From Flavobacteriales bacterium (GTDB lineage: Bacteria > Bacteroidota > Bacteroidia > Flavobacteriales_F > PHOS-HE28), in NCBI GenBank assembly GCA_041749915.1, contig JBGTAJ010000170.1:3405-67404 (forward strand): a stretch of 64,000 bases of DNA. Reading direction: 5' to 3'. The translations under genes were made by a program, and so were the position numbers. This document shows positions 40,301 to 49,418 of this stretch, one piece after another. Position 1 is the stretch's first letter. Every line of letters starts with the position of its first letter. Under the pieces are notes generated by a model that worked only from the letters and a program-made list of their open reading frames with translations, did not search any database and was not told the DNA's origin.

Positions 40301-41214
40301 GTCTCGTCGCCCTCGGTGACGATATCATCGGTGATGTTGATGGAGAAGGTGACCGAGGTGGCCCCGATCGGTACCGTGCGGGTGATGGTCCCCGCCGTGG
40401 TGACCGGTGCCGTGGTGTAGTCGTTGCCGATGCCGTAGATCGCACCGGCGCCGTTCGCCACCCCGATGGTGACGGTCTCTGCAGCGGTGGCCGCAGGCGA
40501 GATGTTCAAGGTCACCGTGACCGTGCCTGCACTTTCCAAGGCGCTGCTCGTGGGCGCTGCGAAGTTCACCGTCGGGCCGCAGGTCATGGTGTGCGAACCC
40601 AGGTTGGCCACCACGTCGATCGCGTTGTTCGTCCATTCCGAGGCCAAGGTGGGGAAGGGGCACGAGAAGACTGGTGTTATCGTGTGTGCTGGATCAAGAG
40701 TGACACCGGCACAGACGTTCGCATTCCGGACAATGCTGCGGTCCAATGTGGAAAAGCCCGTCGCCGTCCAGGCAGTCCCCGGATCACAGCCGATGTTCCC
40801 GATGATGTCCACATAGCTGGCGGTGGAGACCTTCCACAGGGCTACGCCATCGTCGCCGTTGAAATTGCACGCGGAAGCGACCGTGGTCGCACCTCCATAG
40901 ATGGTGGCAAGAGAATTCTTGTAAACGATCGTTGCCCCAGTGGTCAAGGTGCCGGTAAGGGCGCTTGTGGCGGTGGGTACTGCCGACCCGTTGGCATACA
41001 GGCGAAGTTGATAATCCGCCAAGTTGATCGCAGCGGCCGTACCGTTGTACAGCTCGATGTACTTATTGTTGGCACTGCCCTCCACATACTCCGAAATGAT
41101 CAGGTCCGTGGGCTGCGCCACCATCACCAGGCCCAGGCCCATGGCCGCGGCCAACAGCCACATCCGCAGGGACTTGATCAGAAGGGGGGAGAGGGTTGCG
41201 TGATCGACGGTCAT
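37384..41214 (-). CDS. giant secreted protein: lamin-tail domain, Calx-beta-like repeats, T9SS C-terminal sorting domain
   Basis: LTD signature LIISEYVEGSANNKYIELYNGT...LADYQLRLYANG. Repeated units have DYT.AP...ITDD.VTEGDETITFTI (Calx-beta type). The T9SS CTD is at the end (GAYLFRMIDGDRMESVRFVY). Start is ATG 41214 or 41163. Confidence 0.85.
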   Translation of the reverse strand: MTVDHATLSPLLIKSLRMWLLAAAMGLGLVMVAQPTDLIISEYVEGSANNKYIELYNGTAAAINLADYQLRLYANGSAVPTATSALTGTLTTGATIVYKNSLATIYGGATTVASACNFNGDDGVALWKVSTASYVDIIGNIGCDPGTAWTATGFSTLDRSIVRNANVCAGVTLDPAHTITPVFSCPFPTLASEWTNNAIDVVANLGSHTMTCGPTVNFAAPTSSALESAGTVTVTLNISPAATAAETVTIGVANGAGAIYGIGNDYTTAPVTTAGTITRTVPIGATSVTFSINITDDIVTEGDETITFTITGASAGLSLGSALAHTFTITDNDVTPTVNFSTLSIAVLEAAGTQTFNLSINPAAPVAGSITIQVTNGPGATYGFNPNDYVTAPGTAGGFITVNFVAGATTASFNATVINDLNPESTEQVTFTLSAVPMGFAMGSNNSGTLTIGDNDTPATVLEPGDLVILGVNSNTFACGGGSAGEDQVSFMSFKPIVPGTTMIITDNGYGRCTPGLWGNNEGTVSLTRTGIAIPAGQVITLRITNTSGASNIQGVAPDAGWSCTSLNGFTTVNLNSGGDQLFFGQGGTWTTNTVGGHNATYDGTILYGFSTNPTVPWTAACGSNQQSNLPPGIQCFSMAPTLATDFNKYIWPMTAATQRDWIILVDDIANWNSYANCADYNAGGFNWVTAPILPITVAPFVAGRWRGSTSTDWFDCKNWDDVTIPTIATPVVVDPTWAARNCVVGLTAPGAAECASLLHTSGGINRQLVVQNTSTLTIDGPLSMVRTAAGPLTATVDATSELTAASVNLVGITPGAINETILRCDDGGTIRVEDDLVIGTGAMMDLQGAIGASGTLYLGGDWTNQENELNFQDQNSAVILNGNVDQTLSTSVGPEVFGTLVIAKTGGDVIPTNPLEVRATLDLTTGRIMNTATELVTMRAGSAAINFSDASFVHGPVEKLGNTAFTFPVGKGGSLRPCGLSGYSATGGFIAEYFPISGYTWGNVLEPTLDHISDCEYWTIDRSSGSANAVVELTWDTPESCGVTSLPDLRVARWDAANTIWRDRGNGGAVGTTVTGTVPSAGAQTLFSPWTLASVNGLNPLPISLVEFTAKPEGEHVRLDWITASEQDNAWFTVERSADAVLFRPVLEVPGAGNSAQLLHYTDLDLRPLSGLSYYRLKQSDTDGTSTYSPVVSVFRGVTSDRPLVVFGTADVLTALHGFPEGSRYELMDMTGRLITQGVVAEIGVLNTRIGGLQRGAYLFRMIDGDRMESVRFVY

Positions 41215-41419
41215 GGAAGCGGCCTTCGTTCCGGTCACAAAGGTCGGACGATCGGGGATCCCCCATATGAACGGATCGTTAATCCTTGCGGCCATCGTCA
41301 AATTGCCTTGGGACCCACGCAAGTTAAGGAGCATTTACGGGGTGTTGACAACCCCCGATCGGTAGACGCCGGAACCAGCTCCCTGGTCCGCCCACTGGCC
41401 GATCACTTATCCACGATCC

Positions 41420-43039
41420 ATGCACGATCCCGAGCCCGGGCCTCATGCTCCGGACCATACGGCTACTTTTGCAGGCAAGCCGGATCCAATCCGCCGGCCC
41501 TTCCCCGTGCCCGGTACCATCCTTATCCTTGATCACGGTTCCCAGTACACCCAGCTCATCGCCCGCCGGGTGCGCGAGCTCAACGTGTACTGCGAGATCC
41601 ATCCCTTCAGCAAGGCCCAGCAGTTCGTGGGCGACCCCTCCATCGCAGGGGTCATCCTCAGCGGCAGCCCCAGCAGCGTGCACGAGTCCAACGCGCCGGA
41701 CACCGATCTCGGTGGGATCATCGGCAAGGTGCCCGTTCTCGGCGTGTGCTACGGTGCCCAGCTGTTGGCCAAGCGCGCCGGGGCACTGGTGGAACGCAGC
41801 AACACCCGGGAGTACGGCCGCGCCCACCTCAGCACCATCGGCGACAGCCACCTCTTCGACGGCATCGTGGCCGGAACCCAGGTGTGGATGAGCCACGGCG
41901 ACAGCATCGCCGCTCCCAGCGAGGCCATGGACGTGATCGCCAGCACCAAGGACGTGCCGGTGGCCGCCTTCCGCCTGAACGACCACATGACCTTCGCCGT
42001 GCAGTTCCACCCCGAGGTGTACCACACCACGGACGGCCTGCAACTGCTGCACAACTTCGTCATCGGCATCTGCGGCTGCGAAGGTGATTGGACCCCGCAC
42101 GCCTTCGTGGACCATACCGTGGAGCGCCTGAAGAAACAGCTCGGAGAGGACCAGGTGGTGCTCGCCCTCAGCGGTGGCGTGGACAGCTCCGTGGCCGCCC
42201 TGCTCTTGGACCGTGCCATCGGAGAACGGCTCCATTGCATCTTCGTGGACAATGGCCTGCTGCGCAAGGACGAGTACGTCCGTGTGCTGGAGAGCTACCG
42301 GCACCTGGGGCTCAACATCACCGGTGTCGATGCCAAGGCGGAGTTCTACGGTGCCCTGAAGGGACTGGAGGACCCGGAGGCCAAACGAAAGGCCATCGGT
42401 CGCACCTTCATCGAGGTGTTCGACCGCGAGGCGCACCGCATCAAGGATGTCAAGTGGTTGGGACAGGGAACCATCTATCCCGATGTCATCGAGAGCGTGA
42501 GCGTCAACGGACCGAGCGTCATGATCAAGAGCCACCACAACGTGGGCGGCCTTCCCGATCATATGAAGCTGCAGGTGGTGGAACCCCTGCGCCTGTTGTT
42601 CAAGGACGAGGTGCGACGCGTGGGCAAGGAACTGGGCCTCGACCCCAACATCCTGGGCCGTCACCCCTTCCCCGGTCCGGGGCTCGCCATCCGCATTCTC
42701 GGCGACATCACCCCCGAGAAGGTGGCCCTGCTGCAGGAGGTGGACCACATCTTCATCCAGGGCCTTCGTGACGAGGGGCTTTACGACCAGGTGTGGCAGG
42801 CCGGCGCCATCCTGCTGCCCGTGCGCAGCGTAGGTGTGATGGGCGATGAACGCACCTATGAGAACGCCGTGGCCCTGCGCGCCGTCACCAGCACTGATGG
42901 CATGACCGCCGATTGGTGCCACCTGCCCTATGAATTCCTGGCACGGATCTCGAACACCATCATCAACCGGGTGCGTGGCGTGAACCGAGTGGTCTACGAC
43001 ATCAGTTCCAAGCCACCGGCGACCATCGAATGGGAATGA
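41420..43039 (+). CDS. guaA: glutamine-hydrolysing GMP synthase
   Basis: GATase domain [27 protein letters not shown] and [10 protein letters not shown]. The ATP-PPase P-loop is [11 protein letters not shown], and the C-terminus is PPATIEWE. The first ~30 aa look like an extension, so the true start may be later (non-ATG). Confidence 0.93.
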   Translation: MHDPEPGPHAPDHTATFAGKPDPIRRPFPVPGTILILDHGSQYTQLIARRVRELNVYCEIHPFSKAQQFVGDPSIAGVILSGSPSSVHESNAPDTDLGGIIGKVPVLGVCYGAQLLAKRAGALVERSNTREYGRAHLSTIGDSHLFDGIVAGTQVWMSHGDSIAAPSEAMDVIASTKDVPVAAFRLNDHMTFAVQFHPEVYHTTDGLQLLHNFVIGICGCEGDWTPHAFVDHTVERLKKQLGEDQVVLALSGGVDSSVAALLLDRAIGERLHCIFVDNGLLRKDEYVRVLESYRHLGLNITGVDAKAEFYGALKGLEDPEAKRKAIGRTFIEVFDREAHRIKDVKWLGQGTIYPDVIESVSVNGPSVMIKSHHNVGGLPDHMKLQVVEPLRLLFKDEVRRVGKELGLDPNILGRHPFPGPGLAIRILGDITPEKVALLQEVDHIFIQGLRDEGLYDQVWQAGAILLPVRSVGVMGDERTYENAVALRAVTSTDGMTADWCHLPYEFLARISNTIINRVRGVNRVVYDISSKPPATIEWE

Positions 43040-44808
43040 ACGTGCGTCGTACGCTGCTGGTCCTGACCCTGCAACTGCTGCTGCTGCCTGTGCTGTGGGC
43101 CCAGGAACAGCGCACCGTCAACGGCCGGAAGTTCAGCGTTCATCGCGTGGAGGCCGGGCAGACGCTCTTCGCCATCGCCCGTGCCAATGCCGTGCCGGTG
43201 GATGCGCTGCTGGATGCCAATCCCGGAGCGCAGGACGGCCTCAGCATCGGGGAGGAGCTGCTGATCCCGATGGACGCCGTGCAGAAGAAAGAGGCCCGCT
43301 CGGCTCCCGTGCTCAGCGCCACCGGCGGCTTGCAACACACCGTACAGAAGAAGGAAACGCTGTACGGCATCGCCCGGAAGTACGCGCTGGACATCAATGC
43401 CCTGTTGGCGGCCAACCCCCAAGCGCAGCAAGGCCTGCAGGAGGGCATGGTGCTGCAGATCCCCGTGTCGGAGGCACAGGGCCAGCAGGAACTGACCGTG
43501 CGCCCGGCCGAGGCGCCGAACATCATCGAACACACGGTGCAGCAGGGGGAGACCCTCTTCAGCTTGGGCCAGCGTTACGGCACCACGCCCGATGCCATCC
43601 AGCGCGCCAATGATGGACTGCCAGAGGGTCTGAAGACCGGCATGGTCCTGCGGGTCCCGGCGAAACCCGGAATGCTTGCTCCGCCTCCGGTGGTGGTCGA
43701 AACGCCCCGCATTTCAGAGCGGCACCAGGTGGCCTTCCTGCTGCCCTTCTCCGTGTCCCGCAATGACAGTGCCCTCGCGGCCAGCGCCAACGACCCGCAG
43801 TTCCATGAGGCCACCCGCATCGCTGCCCAGTTCTACGGAGGCGTGCTGATGGCCCTCGATTCGCTTCGTGCCCGTGGTCTTCAGGCGGATGTGGAGGTGA
43901 TGGACACCGGTGAGTCACCGGCCGTGTGGGGCCCCGTGCTCAAACGGCCCGAGCTGCAGGACGTGGAGCTCTTTATCGGTCCCTTTCACCGCTCGGCGAT
44001 CGAACAGCTGGCCCGGGCCAATACCAAAGCCCATATCGTGTGTCCGGTTCCACAGACCAACAAACTGATCCTGGGCATGCCCAATGTCAGCAAGGTGGTG
44101 CCCACGCGTTCCGACCTGCTGAAGCATGCCGCCCGATACGTGGCGCAACGCCATGCACGGGAGAACATCATCCACCTGCGACCCGATATCGCTGCTGACA
44201 AGGACGGTCAGGAACAGATGGGCCGCGCCTTGAACGAAGCACTGGGCAACGTCTCTGCGCGCTACCGCGATACCGTGCTGGTCGCGCGCCCCGGTCGCCG
44301 CGACATCTCCGATCTGGTGTCCAAGCTCGACGCCAAGCGCCTCAATGTCATTGTGACCACCTGTGAGGATGTGGAGTTCGTGACCAGCCTGGTGGGGAAG
44401 CTGAAGCCCCTGGCCGGCAAGTTCTCCATCGCGCTGGTGGGCACCGAGGCCTGGCTGGGCCTGGAATCCATCGCGGTGGCGGACCTCGATGTGCTGGGTT
44501 TCCTCTTTGCCTCTTCCTCCTTCGCCGACCCCGCCGATGCCCGCAACAAGGCCTTCATCCGCGGGTTCCAGGAACGGTTCCATACCGATGTGGACGAATA
44601 CGCCTACTTGGGCTACGATGTCACCTACCACTACCTCAGTGCCTTGATGGAAGGTTCAGGTGAACTCAGTACGCGCCTGAACCAGGTCGCCGAAGCGCCT
44701 TTGCACATGGGCTTCCGCATGGCCCGTACGGGTCCCGAGAACGGCTACCGCAACGAGTACGCCGTCATGCTCCAGCAGAAGGACCTGCAGCTGGTGAAGG
44801 CGCCTTAG
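43036..44808 (+). CDS. LysM-repeat protein fused to a periplasmic-binding-protein (type I, LivJ-like) domain
   Basis: Signal [23 protein letters not shown]. There are four LysM units ([46 protein letters not shown] and others), then about 350 aa with a PBP1-like pattern. The ATG at 43036 overlaps the guaA stop (ATGA). Confidence 0.8.
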   Translation: MNVRRTLLVLTLQLLLLPVLWAQEQRTVNGRKFSVHRVEAGQTLFAIARANAVPVDALLDANPGAQDGLSIGEELLIPMDAVQKKEARSAPVLSATGGLQHTVQKKETLYGIARKYALDINALLAANPQAQQGLQEGMVLQIPVSEAQGQQELTVRPAEAPNIIEHTVQQGETLFSLGQRYGTTPDAIQRANDGLPEGLKTGMVLRVPAKPGMLAPPPVVVETPRISERHQVAFLLPFSVSRNDSALAASANDPQFHEATRIAAQFYGGVLMALDSLRARGLQADVEVMDTGESPAVWGPVLKRPELQDVELFIGPFHRSAIEQLARANTKAHIVCPVPQTNKLILGMPNVSKVVPTRSDLLKHAARYVAQRHARENIIHLRPDIAADKDGQEQMGRALNEALGNVSARYRDTVLVARPGRRDISDLVSKLDAKRLNVIVTTCEDVEFVTSLVGKLKPLAGKFSIALVGTEAWLGLESIAVADLDVLGFLFASSSFADPADARNKAFIRGFQERFHTDVDEYAYLGYDVTYHYLSALMEGSGELSTRLNQVAEAPLHMGFRMARTGPENGYRNEYAVMLQQKDLQLVKAP

Positions 44809-44812
44809 AGCC

Positions 44813-45952
44813 TCAGCCGATCGCCTCGTTCATATCGGGCAACCCCACCGTGCGCAGCAGGTTGTAGTGTGAACGCAACGCGCTCCACAGGGTCGGGTTC
44901 ACCTGGTAGGTCAGGCCGAACTCCTCGGCCGTGCGCTTCACGATCGGCGACAAGGCCGGGTAGTGCACATGGGCCACGCGAGAGAACAGGTGGTGCTCCA
45001 CCTGGTAGTTCAGCCCGCCCACGTACCAGCTCAGCCAGGGATTGTTCGGGCTGAAGTTCACCGTGGTCTCCAGTTGGTGGATGGCCCAGTCGTTCGGGAT
45101 CACCCCATCGGCATCGGGCAGGGGGTGCGTGGTGCCCTCCACCGAGTGCGCCAATTGGAACACCAGCGTGAGGATCAGGCCCGCCACGAAGTGCATCACC
45201 AGGAAGCCCGTGAGCACCTGCCACCAGGCGATGCCCAGGACGATCGGCAGCACAAGGATCACGGCAAAATAGGTCGTCTTCATCGCCACCAGGCGCCAGA
45301 GGAAGTTCCGGTGTTGGGCCTTATTGCCTGCGTTCACCCCGTTGCGGGTGAATTGCGCGAACTGCACGAAATCCTTGGCCACCACCCAGTACAGCGTGAG
45401 CAGGCCGTAGAACAGCGTGGCATACAGCCATTGGAAACGGTGGAACCACTTCACCTGGGTGTGGGGTGAGAACTTCAGCACCAGGCGGTCCTCGATGTCC
45501 TCATCCATGTGTGTTACGTTCGTGTAGGTGTGGTGCAGGATGTTGTGCTGCAACTTCCAGTTCTGTGTGCTGCCTCCGCAGAGGTTCAGGGTGTGGCCCA
45601 TCAGCCAGTTCACCCGCTGGTCCGAGGAGAACGCACCGTGGTTGGCATCGTGCATCACGCTCATGCCGATGCCGGCCAATCCCAGTCCCATCAGGAACCA
45701 TAGGCCGAGCGCCCAGCCGTAGCCGGGTTGCAGGATCAGTAGCGCCACGAAGGGCAGGGTGTACAGCGCGATGAGCGCCACAGCCTTCACCACCAACTGG
45801 GTGTTGGCATGCCTGCTCAGGCCCTGTTCCTTGAAGTACTGGTCCACCCGGGCTTTCAGGGTGGGGTAGAAGGCGCTCCTGTCCCGGGGGACGAACTTTA
45901 CGTGACCTTTCTGCTGCATATAGGGGATCTGGGGCTCTTCTCTCTCCTCCAT
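44813..45952 (-). CDS. membrane fatty-acid desaturase family protein
   Basis: His boxes HDANHG, HNILHH(TYTN) and QVEHHLF, with hydrophobic helices in between. ATG at 45952, or 45919 as an alternative. Confidence 0.85.
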   Translation of the reverse strand: MEEREEPQIPYMQQKGHVKFVPRDRSAFYPTLKARVDQYFKEQGLSRHANTQLVVKAVALIALYTLPFVALLILQPGYGWALGLWFLMGLGLAGIGMSVMHDANHGAFSSDQRVNWLMGHTLNLCGGSTQNWKLQHNILHHTYTNVTHMDEDIEDRLVLKFSPHTQVKWFHRFQWLYATLFYGLLTLYWVVAKDFVQFAQFTRNGVNAGNKAQHRNFLWRLVAMKTTYFAVILVLPIVLGIAWWQVLTGFLVMHFVAGLILTLVFQLAHSVEGTTHPLPDADGVIPNDWAIHQLETTVNFSPNNPWLSWYVGGLNYQVEHHLFSRVAHVHYPALSPIVKRTAEEFGLTYQVNPTLWSALRSHYNLLRTVGLPDMNEAIG

Positions 45953-46086
45953 CGAACGCCTGGACCTCCGGGCTTGTGCGCTCCCGTCACCAACAAGGCC
46001 GGAAAGCCGAGGCAGAGAAGGGACAAGCTTGATCGGGAAGACCACGCCTTGCGCGGACGGAACAAAGGTACGGGTGGGGCCAATGG

Positions 46087-47826
46087 TCAGATCAGCCCAG
46101 CCCGGGCGTTCTGCGTTGCGGCCTGTTGATCGGCGGCGGTCCTTTGGTCGAGCCACCGTTCGGTGCTCAGGACCACGACCATGATCTCCAGCACGATGAG
46201 CATCAGCGAGTGCCGGTGACCATAGATGCCCACGGACGGTGAGATCAGGCGGGTCAGCAGGACATAGGCCCACGCCAACGATCCGAACACCACCCAACGG
46301 TCAGGGAAGCGGTGACGTATAGCGCGAACCATTGCGATGATGAACATGGCGTGCAGCGGCCACCAATGCCAGCGTACTTGGAAGTCCGGGTCGAACAGGT
46401 CATAGCGGCCGATCAGGAGCAGGAACTTGTGGGTGAGCTCATCCCGATCGATGAGCCGGTCCCAGAAGGTGGGTCCGGTGTTGGTAAGGGCCACGGGAAC
46501 GGGTATCAGGTCGCCATGGAGACCGAATTTCCGCGCAGCGTAGATCAAAAGGCATGCGACGAAGGGCAGCAGGAAGCGGAGGATGGTCCGCTGGTCCAAG
46601 GGTCTTCCCCGGACCATGGTGAGCAGGAGCAGGGGGCCGATCGCGACCAGTTCGGCACGAAGCAGGAACAGCAGGCCGCAGCCCAGACCCAATACCATTG
46701 GAGCATATCCACGGCGGGCCATGACCACCAGCGCGACCAACAGCACCAGCGGCACCGTGTCGCTGAGCAGGGCCCAGCCGTAGGGCAACACCACGTCGCC
46801 AAGGGTGAAGATCGCTGCGCCGAAGGCCACCACCCAGCGCAACCCCCGATGACGATTCCTGACCAACGCGCATATGCCGGGGACCAGCAAGGTGAGCAGG
46901 GCGGTCTGCACGGCGAGGACCGGCCACAGCGCCGGACCCAGCAGACCATGCAACAGGGCCACGAACGGGACGTAGCCCAAGCCCCACAGTTCCGTGCCGC
47001 CGGGCATGGGCATCAGGCTGAGGTCGCCCATCACCATGGCCCGGGCGGCGCGCTCGTAATGCAGCCAATCGTCACCCCGGCTCAGGAAGGTGTTCGAAAG
47101 CCATTGATGCGGCGGGTGCATGAAAGCCGCGAGCACCAACCCTAACGCCATGAAAAGTGTCCAAGAGCGGAAGGAACGCAGGAAGTCAGCGCCCCTGAAC
47201 GTGGTGAACGGAAGGCCCCGGAAACTGTCCGCCAGCGCGACCAGCAACAGGACCGTGGCCAAGATCAAGGGGAACCGCGCAGCAGGCTCCGGTGCCCACC
47301 AGGCCGTGTCCCGAAGCGCGAAGACATCCTCGTGCGTGCAGGTGGTAACAAGCCTTTCGTTCCCCTTGGTCCAAGTCACCTCGACCGCCGCATCAGCGGG
47401 CTGTCCGGAGATCTCCCAATGGTCGTTCACCGCATGCACCTGTAGTTGAGAGGGTGCTTGGGTGGGCCGGAGGTATCGTGCTCCGGTGCCGATGTCCACG
47501 GGCCCGTTCGAAGTTTGGATCATACAGCTCGCTTGCCACGCGGCCTGCCTATCGACCTGCCACAGGATCAGTCCCAAGCTCAAGGCAACACCGCCGAGGA
47601 GCACCAGCCGGCCCGGCGACCAGCGCGTCGGGACCAGGGTGAGCAGCACCAGCAGGATCCCGAAGAAAAGCAGCCATCCTCCGGCGTCCGCGTTCAGCAG
47701 ATAGGCCAGGCGGGAAACGAAGAACAAGGCGGTCAGCGAGCTCACTGCTCCGACGGCAGGCCCCCAGCGCTGCAGGCGCTGCTGGAATGTGTCCCGATCG
47801 GCAGGTGTGCGGGTCACTGCGATCAC
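46087..47826 (-). CDS. polytopic membrane protein (possible ArnT/PMT-like glycosyltransferase fold)
   Basis: More than 10 predicted hydrophobic helices with a ~110 aa hydrophilic loop after the first helices. The GTG at 47826 overlaps the upstream stop (GTGA). The ATG at 47916 would overlap the GDPD gene by 94 nt. Confidence 0.55.
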   Translation of the reverse strand: MIAVTRTPADRDTFQQRLQRWGPAVGAVSSLTALFFVSRLAYLLNADAGGWLLFFGILLVLLTLVPTRWSPGRLVLLGGVALSLGLILWQVDRQAAWQASCMIQTSNGPVDIGTGARYLRPTQAPSQLQVHAVNDHWEISGQPADAAVEVTWTKGNERLVTTCTHEDVFALRDTAWWAPEPAARFPLILATVLLLVALADSFRGLPFTTFRGADFLRSFRSWTLFMALGLVLAAFMHPPHQWLSNTFLSRGDDWLHYERAARAMVMGDLSLMPMPGGTELWGLGYVPFVALLHGLLGPALWPVLAVQTALLTLLVPGICALVRNRHRGLRWVVAFGAAIFTLGDVVLPYGWALLSDTVPLVLLVALVVMARRGYAPMVLGLGCGLLFLLRAELVAIGPLLLLTMVRGRPLDQRTILRFLLPFVACLLIYAARKFGLHGDLIPVPVALTNTGPTFWDRLIDRDELTHKFLLLIGRYDLFDPDFQVRWHWWPLHAMFIIAMVRAIRHRFPDRWVVFGSLAWAYVLLTRLISPSVGIYGHRHSLMLIVLEIMVVVLSTERWLDQRTAADQQAATQNARAGLI

Positions 47827-48653
47827 CGCTCTTCGTCTCGGGGTGCCAGGTCCTCGGGGGCGTCGGTCTGCACACGGTCCGGCCGCTTGCCGATGGCTTG
47901 ACGGTGGCTCCACCATCCCCCCACGCCGAAGAGGGCCACCTGAAGGTCCTGATCTTGGGCGAGGGCCACCTGTTCAGCCGTCATGCGCCCATTGTCCATG
48001 GTGATCCCAGCACAACCGATGTCCTTCGCGCGGGCCATGGCGTCCTTCGCATCGGTGGCATAGAGGAACAGTGGCAGGGCCGGGTCCTTGCGGTGAAGGA
48101 GCTTCAGGAACTCATCCACCTGGCACTCCACGACCAACCGCCCACGCAGGCTGGGCTGGGCATGCAGGAGCACCAGGGCATCGCTGAAGGTCTCGAGATA
48201 GCTCCACCAATCGTCGGCCGCGAAGAGCTTGATGTCCAGCGTGAACCCGGCATCCGGGTGTTCGGCCGCAGCGCCCAGCAACAGGCTGTCCAACCGGACC
48301 AGCGGATAGGGCCGGTCGCCTTCTTGGCTGTTGGGGCAGGCCCGGAGCTGCGTCCAGCCGCTCGCATTCACCAGCCCGCTGCAGGGTGTCAGTTCCTCCA
48401 GTAACTGAGCATGATAGGCCACCAGCACGGTATCCGCGCTGAGCTGCACGTCCATCTCCACGCCGTCGATGCCCAGTGCCAGGCCGCCCAGCAGGGCCTC
48501 TGCGCTGTTCATCGGGTGGCGCCCGCCGGAGCCCATCCCACCATGGCCGATGACCGCGATGCCGCCCGGCCCGGGCGTCGTGCAAGCACTTACGCACAAC
48601 AGCAGGGCGAGGGACCAGGTGGCGTAGGGCTTCAGCACGGCAGCGCGTTGCAT
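47823..48653 (-). CDS. glycerophosphodiester phosphodiesterase family lipoprotein
   Basis: GDPD N-terminal motif IAVIGHGGMG...HPMNSAEAL..GIDGVEMDVQLSADTVLVAYH. The ATG at 48653 gives the signal MQRAAVLKPYATWSLALLLCVSAC with a lipobox. Confidence 0.8.
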   Translation of the reverse strand: MQRAAVLKPYATWSLALLLCVSACTTPGPGGIAVIGHGGMGSGGRHPMNSAEALLGGLALGIDGVEMDVQLSADTVLVAYHAQLLEELTPCSGLVNASGWTQLRACPNSQEGDRPYPLVRLDSLLLGAAAEHPDAGFTLDIKLFAADDWWSYLETFSDALVLLHAQPSLRGRLVVECQVDEFLKLLHRKDPALPLFLYATDAKDAMARAKDIGCAGITMDNGRMTAEQVALAQDQDLQVALFGVGGWWSHRQAIGKRPDRVQTDAPEDLAPRDEER

Positions 48654-48712
48654 CGGGATGGGATGCAATGCTACGGATCGGCGCACGGACAGCGACCGAT
48701 CATTACCAATGA

Positions 48713-49378
48713 CTACGGCCGTGGGGATACCTGCACCGTCAGGAGCAGCGGACAGTCGAAGAGGGTGGAGGGCGCCACCATCGGTTCGTCCAGCGGCGGG
48801 GCGGCACCGTAGCGCTCCTTCATCAGTGTCTGGACCAACTTGCTGTCCAGGTCATGGTCCCGCAAGGGCCGGGGCTCGCACAGCCGGATGCCGAGCGCTT
48901 CCGCATACACCTTCCACACCAGCTCGGAGCAGTAGATCCGCTCATCGCTCCATTCGAAGGCCAGGTCGTAGGGCAGTCCCATGAAGCGCCGCGTGGCCTC
49001 CATCAGCCGCTTGCGCTCGGCAGGGTCGAGGTCCGGGGTGCTCCGCGCCAGGCGCTTCACCGCGTATTCACCATCGCCGTGGTCGATCCATTCCTGCAAT
49101 GGGGTGGTCTTCACGGGGCCCACCGCCTCCACCACCATCCAGCGGCCGTTCTCCCGGAAGGCCATGCCCACGTGGGTCCATCGGCTATGGGTGGCCAGCG
49201 CGATGGCATCTCCCTGTCGACCGCCGGTGGCCTGGAAAAGGATGTCACCTTCCCGCAGCATGTCCTTCACCACGGCGTCCTTGGTCGCCAGGCTGGCGAT
49301 GCGCCCATCGGTGGGCAGGGATGCCGGCCCTGACCAGCCAAGGACGAGAGCAAGGGAGATGAGGGCGAAGCTCTTCAT
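48713..49378 (-). CDS. YiiX/YebB-like permuted papain (NlpC/P60 superfamily) hydrolase
   Basis: GDILFQATGGRQGDAIALATHSRWTHVGM and RIYCSELVWKVY (catalytic Cys). Signal MKSFALISLALVLGWSG from the ATG at 49378. Confidence 0.7.
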   Translation of the reverse strand: MKSFALISLALVLGWSGPASLPTDGRIASLATKDAVVKDMLREGDILFQATGGRQGDAIALATHSRWTHVGMAFRENGRWMVVEAVGPVKTTPLQEWIDHGDGEYAVKRLARSTPDLDPAERKRLMEATRRFMGLPYDLAFEWSDERIYCSELVWKVYAEALGIRLCEPRPLRDHDLDSKLVQTLMKERYGAAPPLDEPMVAPSTLFDCPLLLTVQVSPRP

Positions 49379-49418
49379 GTCCCGATGAACGGCGGGAGAG
49401 GTGGCCTTCGTATGGCGG

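Noticed and set aside
41420-41510. About 30-residue Pro/His-rich N-terminal extension on GuaA, possibly a novel leader domain
   Set aside because: GMP synthases normally begin just before ILILDxGSQYTQ. The extension most likely reflects use of the first ATG by the ORF caller, and a later non-ATG start is plausible. It is not treated as a real feature.
47823-47916. 94-nt overlap between the GDPD gene and the downstream membrane-protein ORF if the ATG at 47916 is used
   Set aside because: A GTG at 47826 overlapping the stop codon (GTGA) gives a conventional coupled arrangement. The long overlap is probably an ORF-calling artefact.
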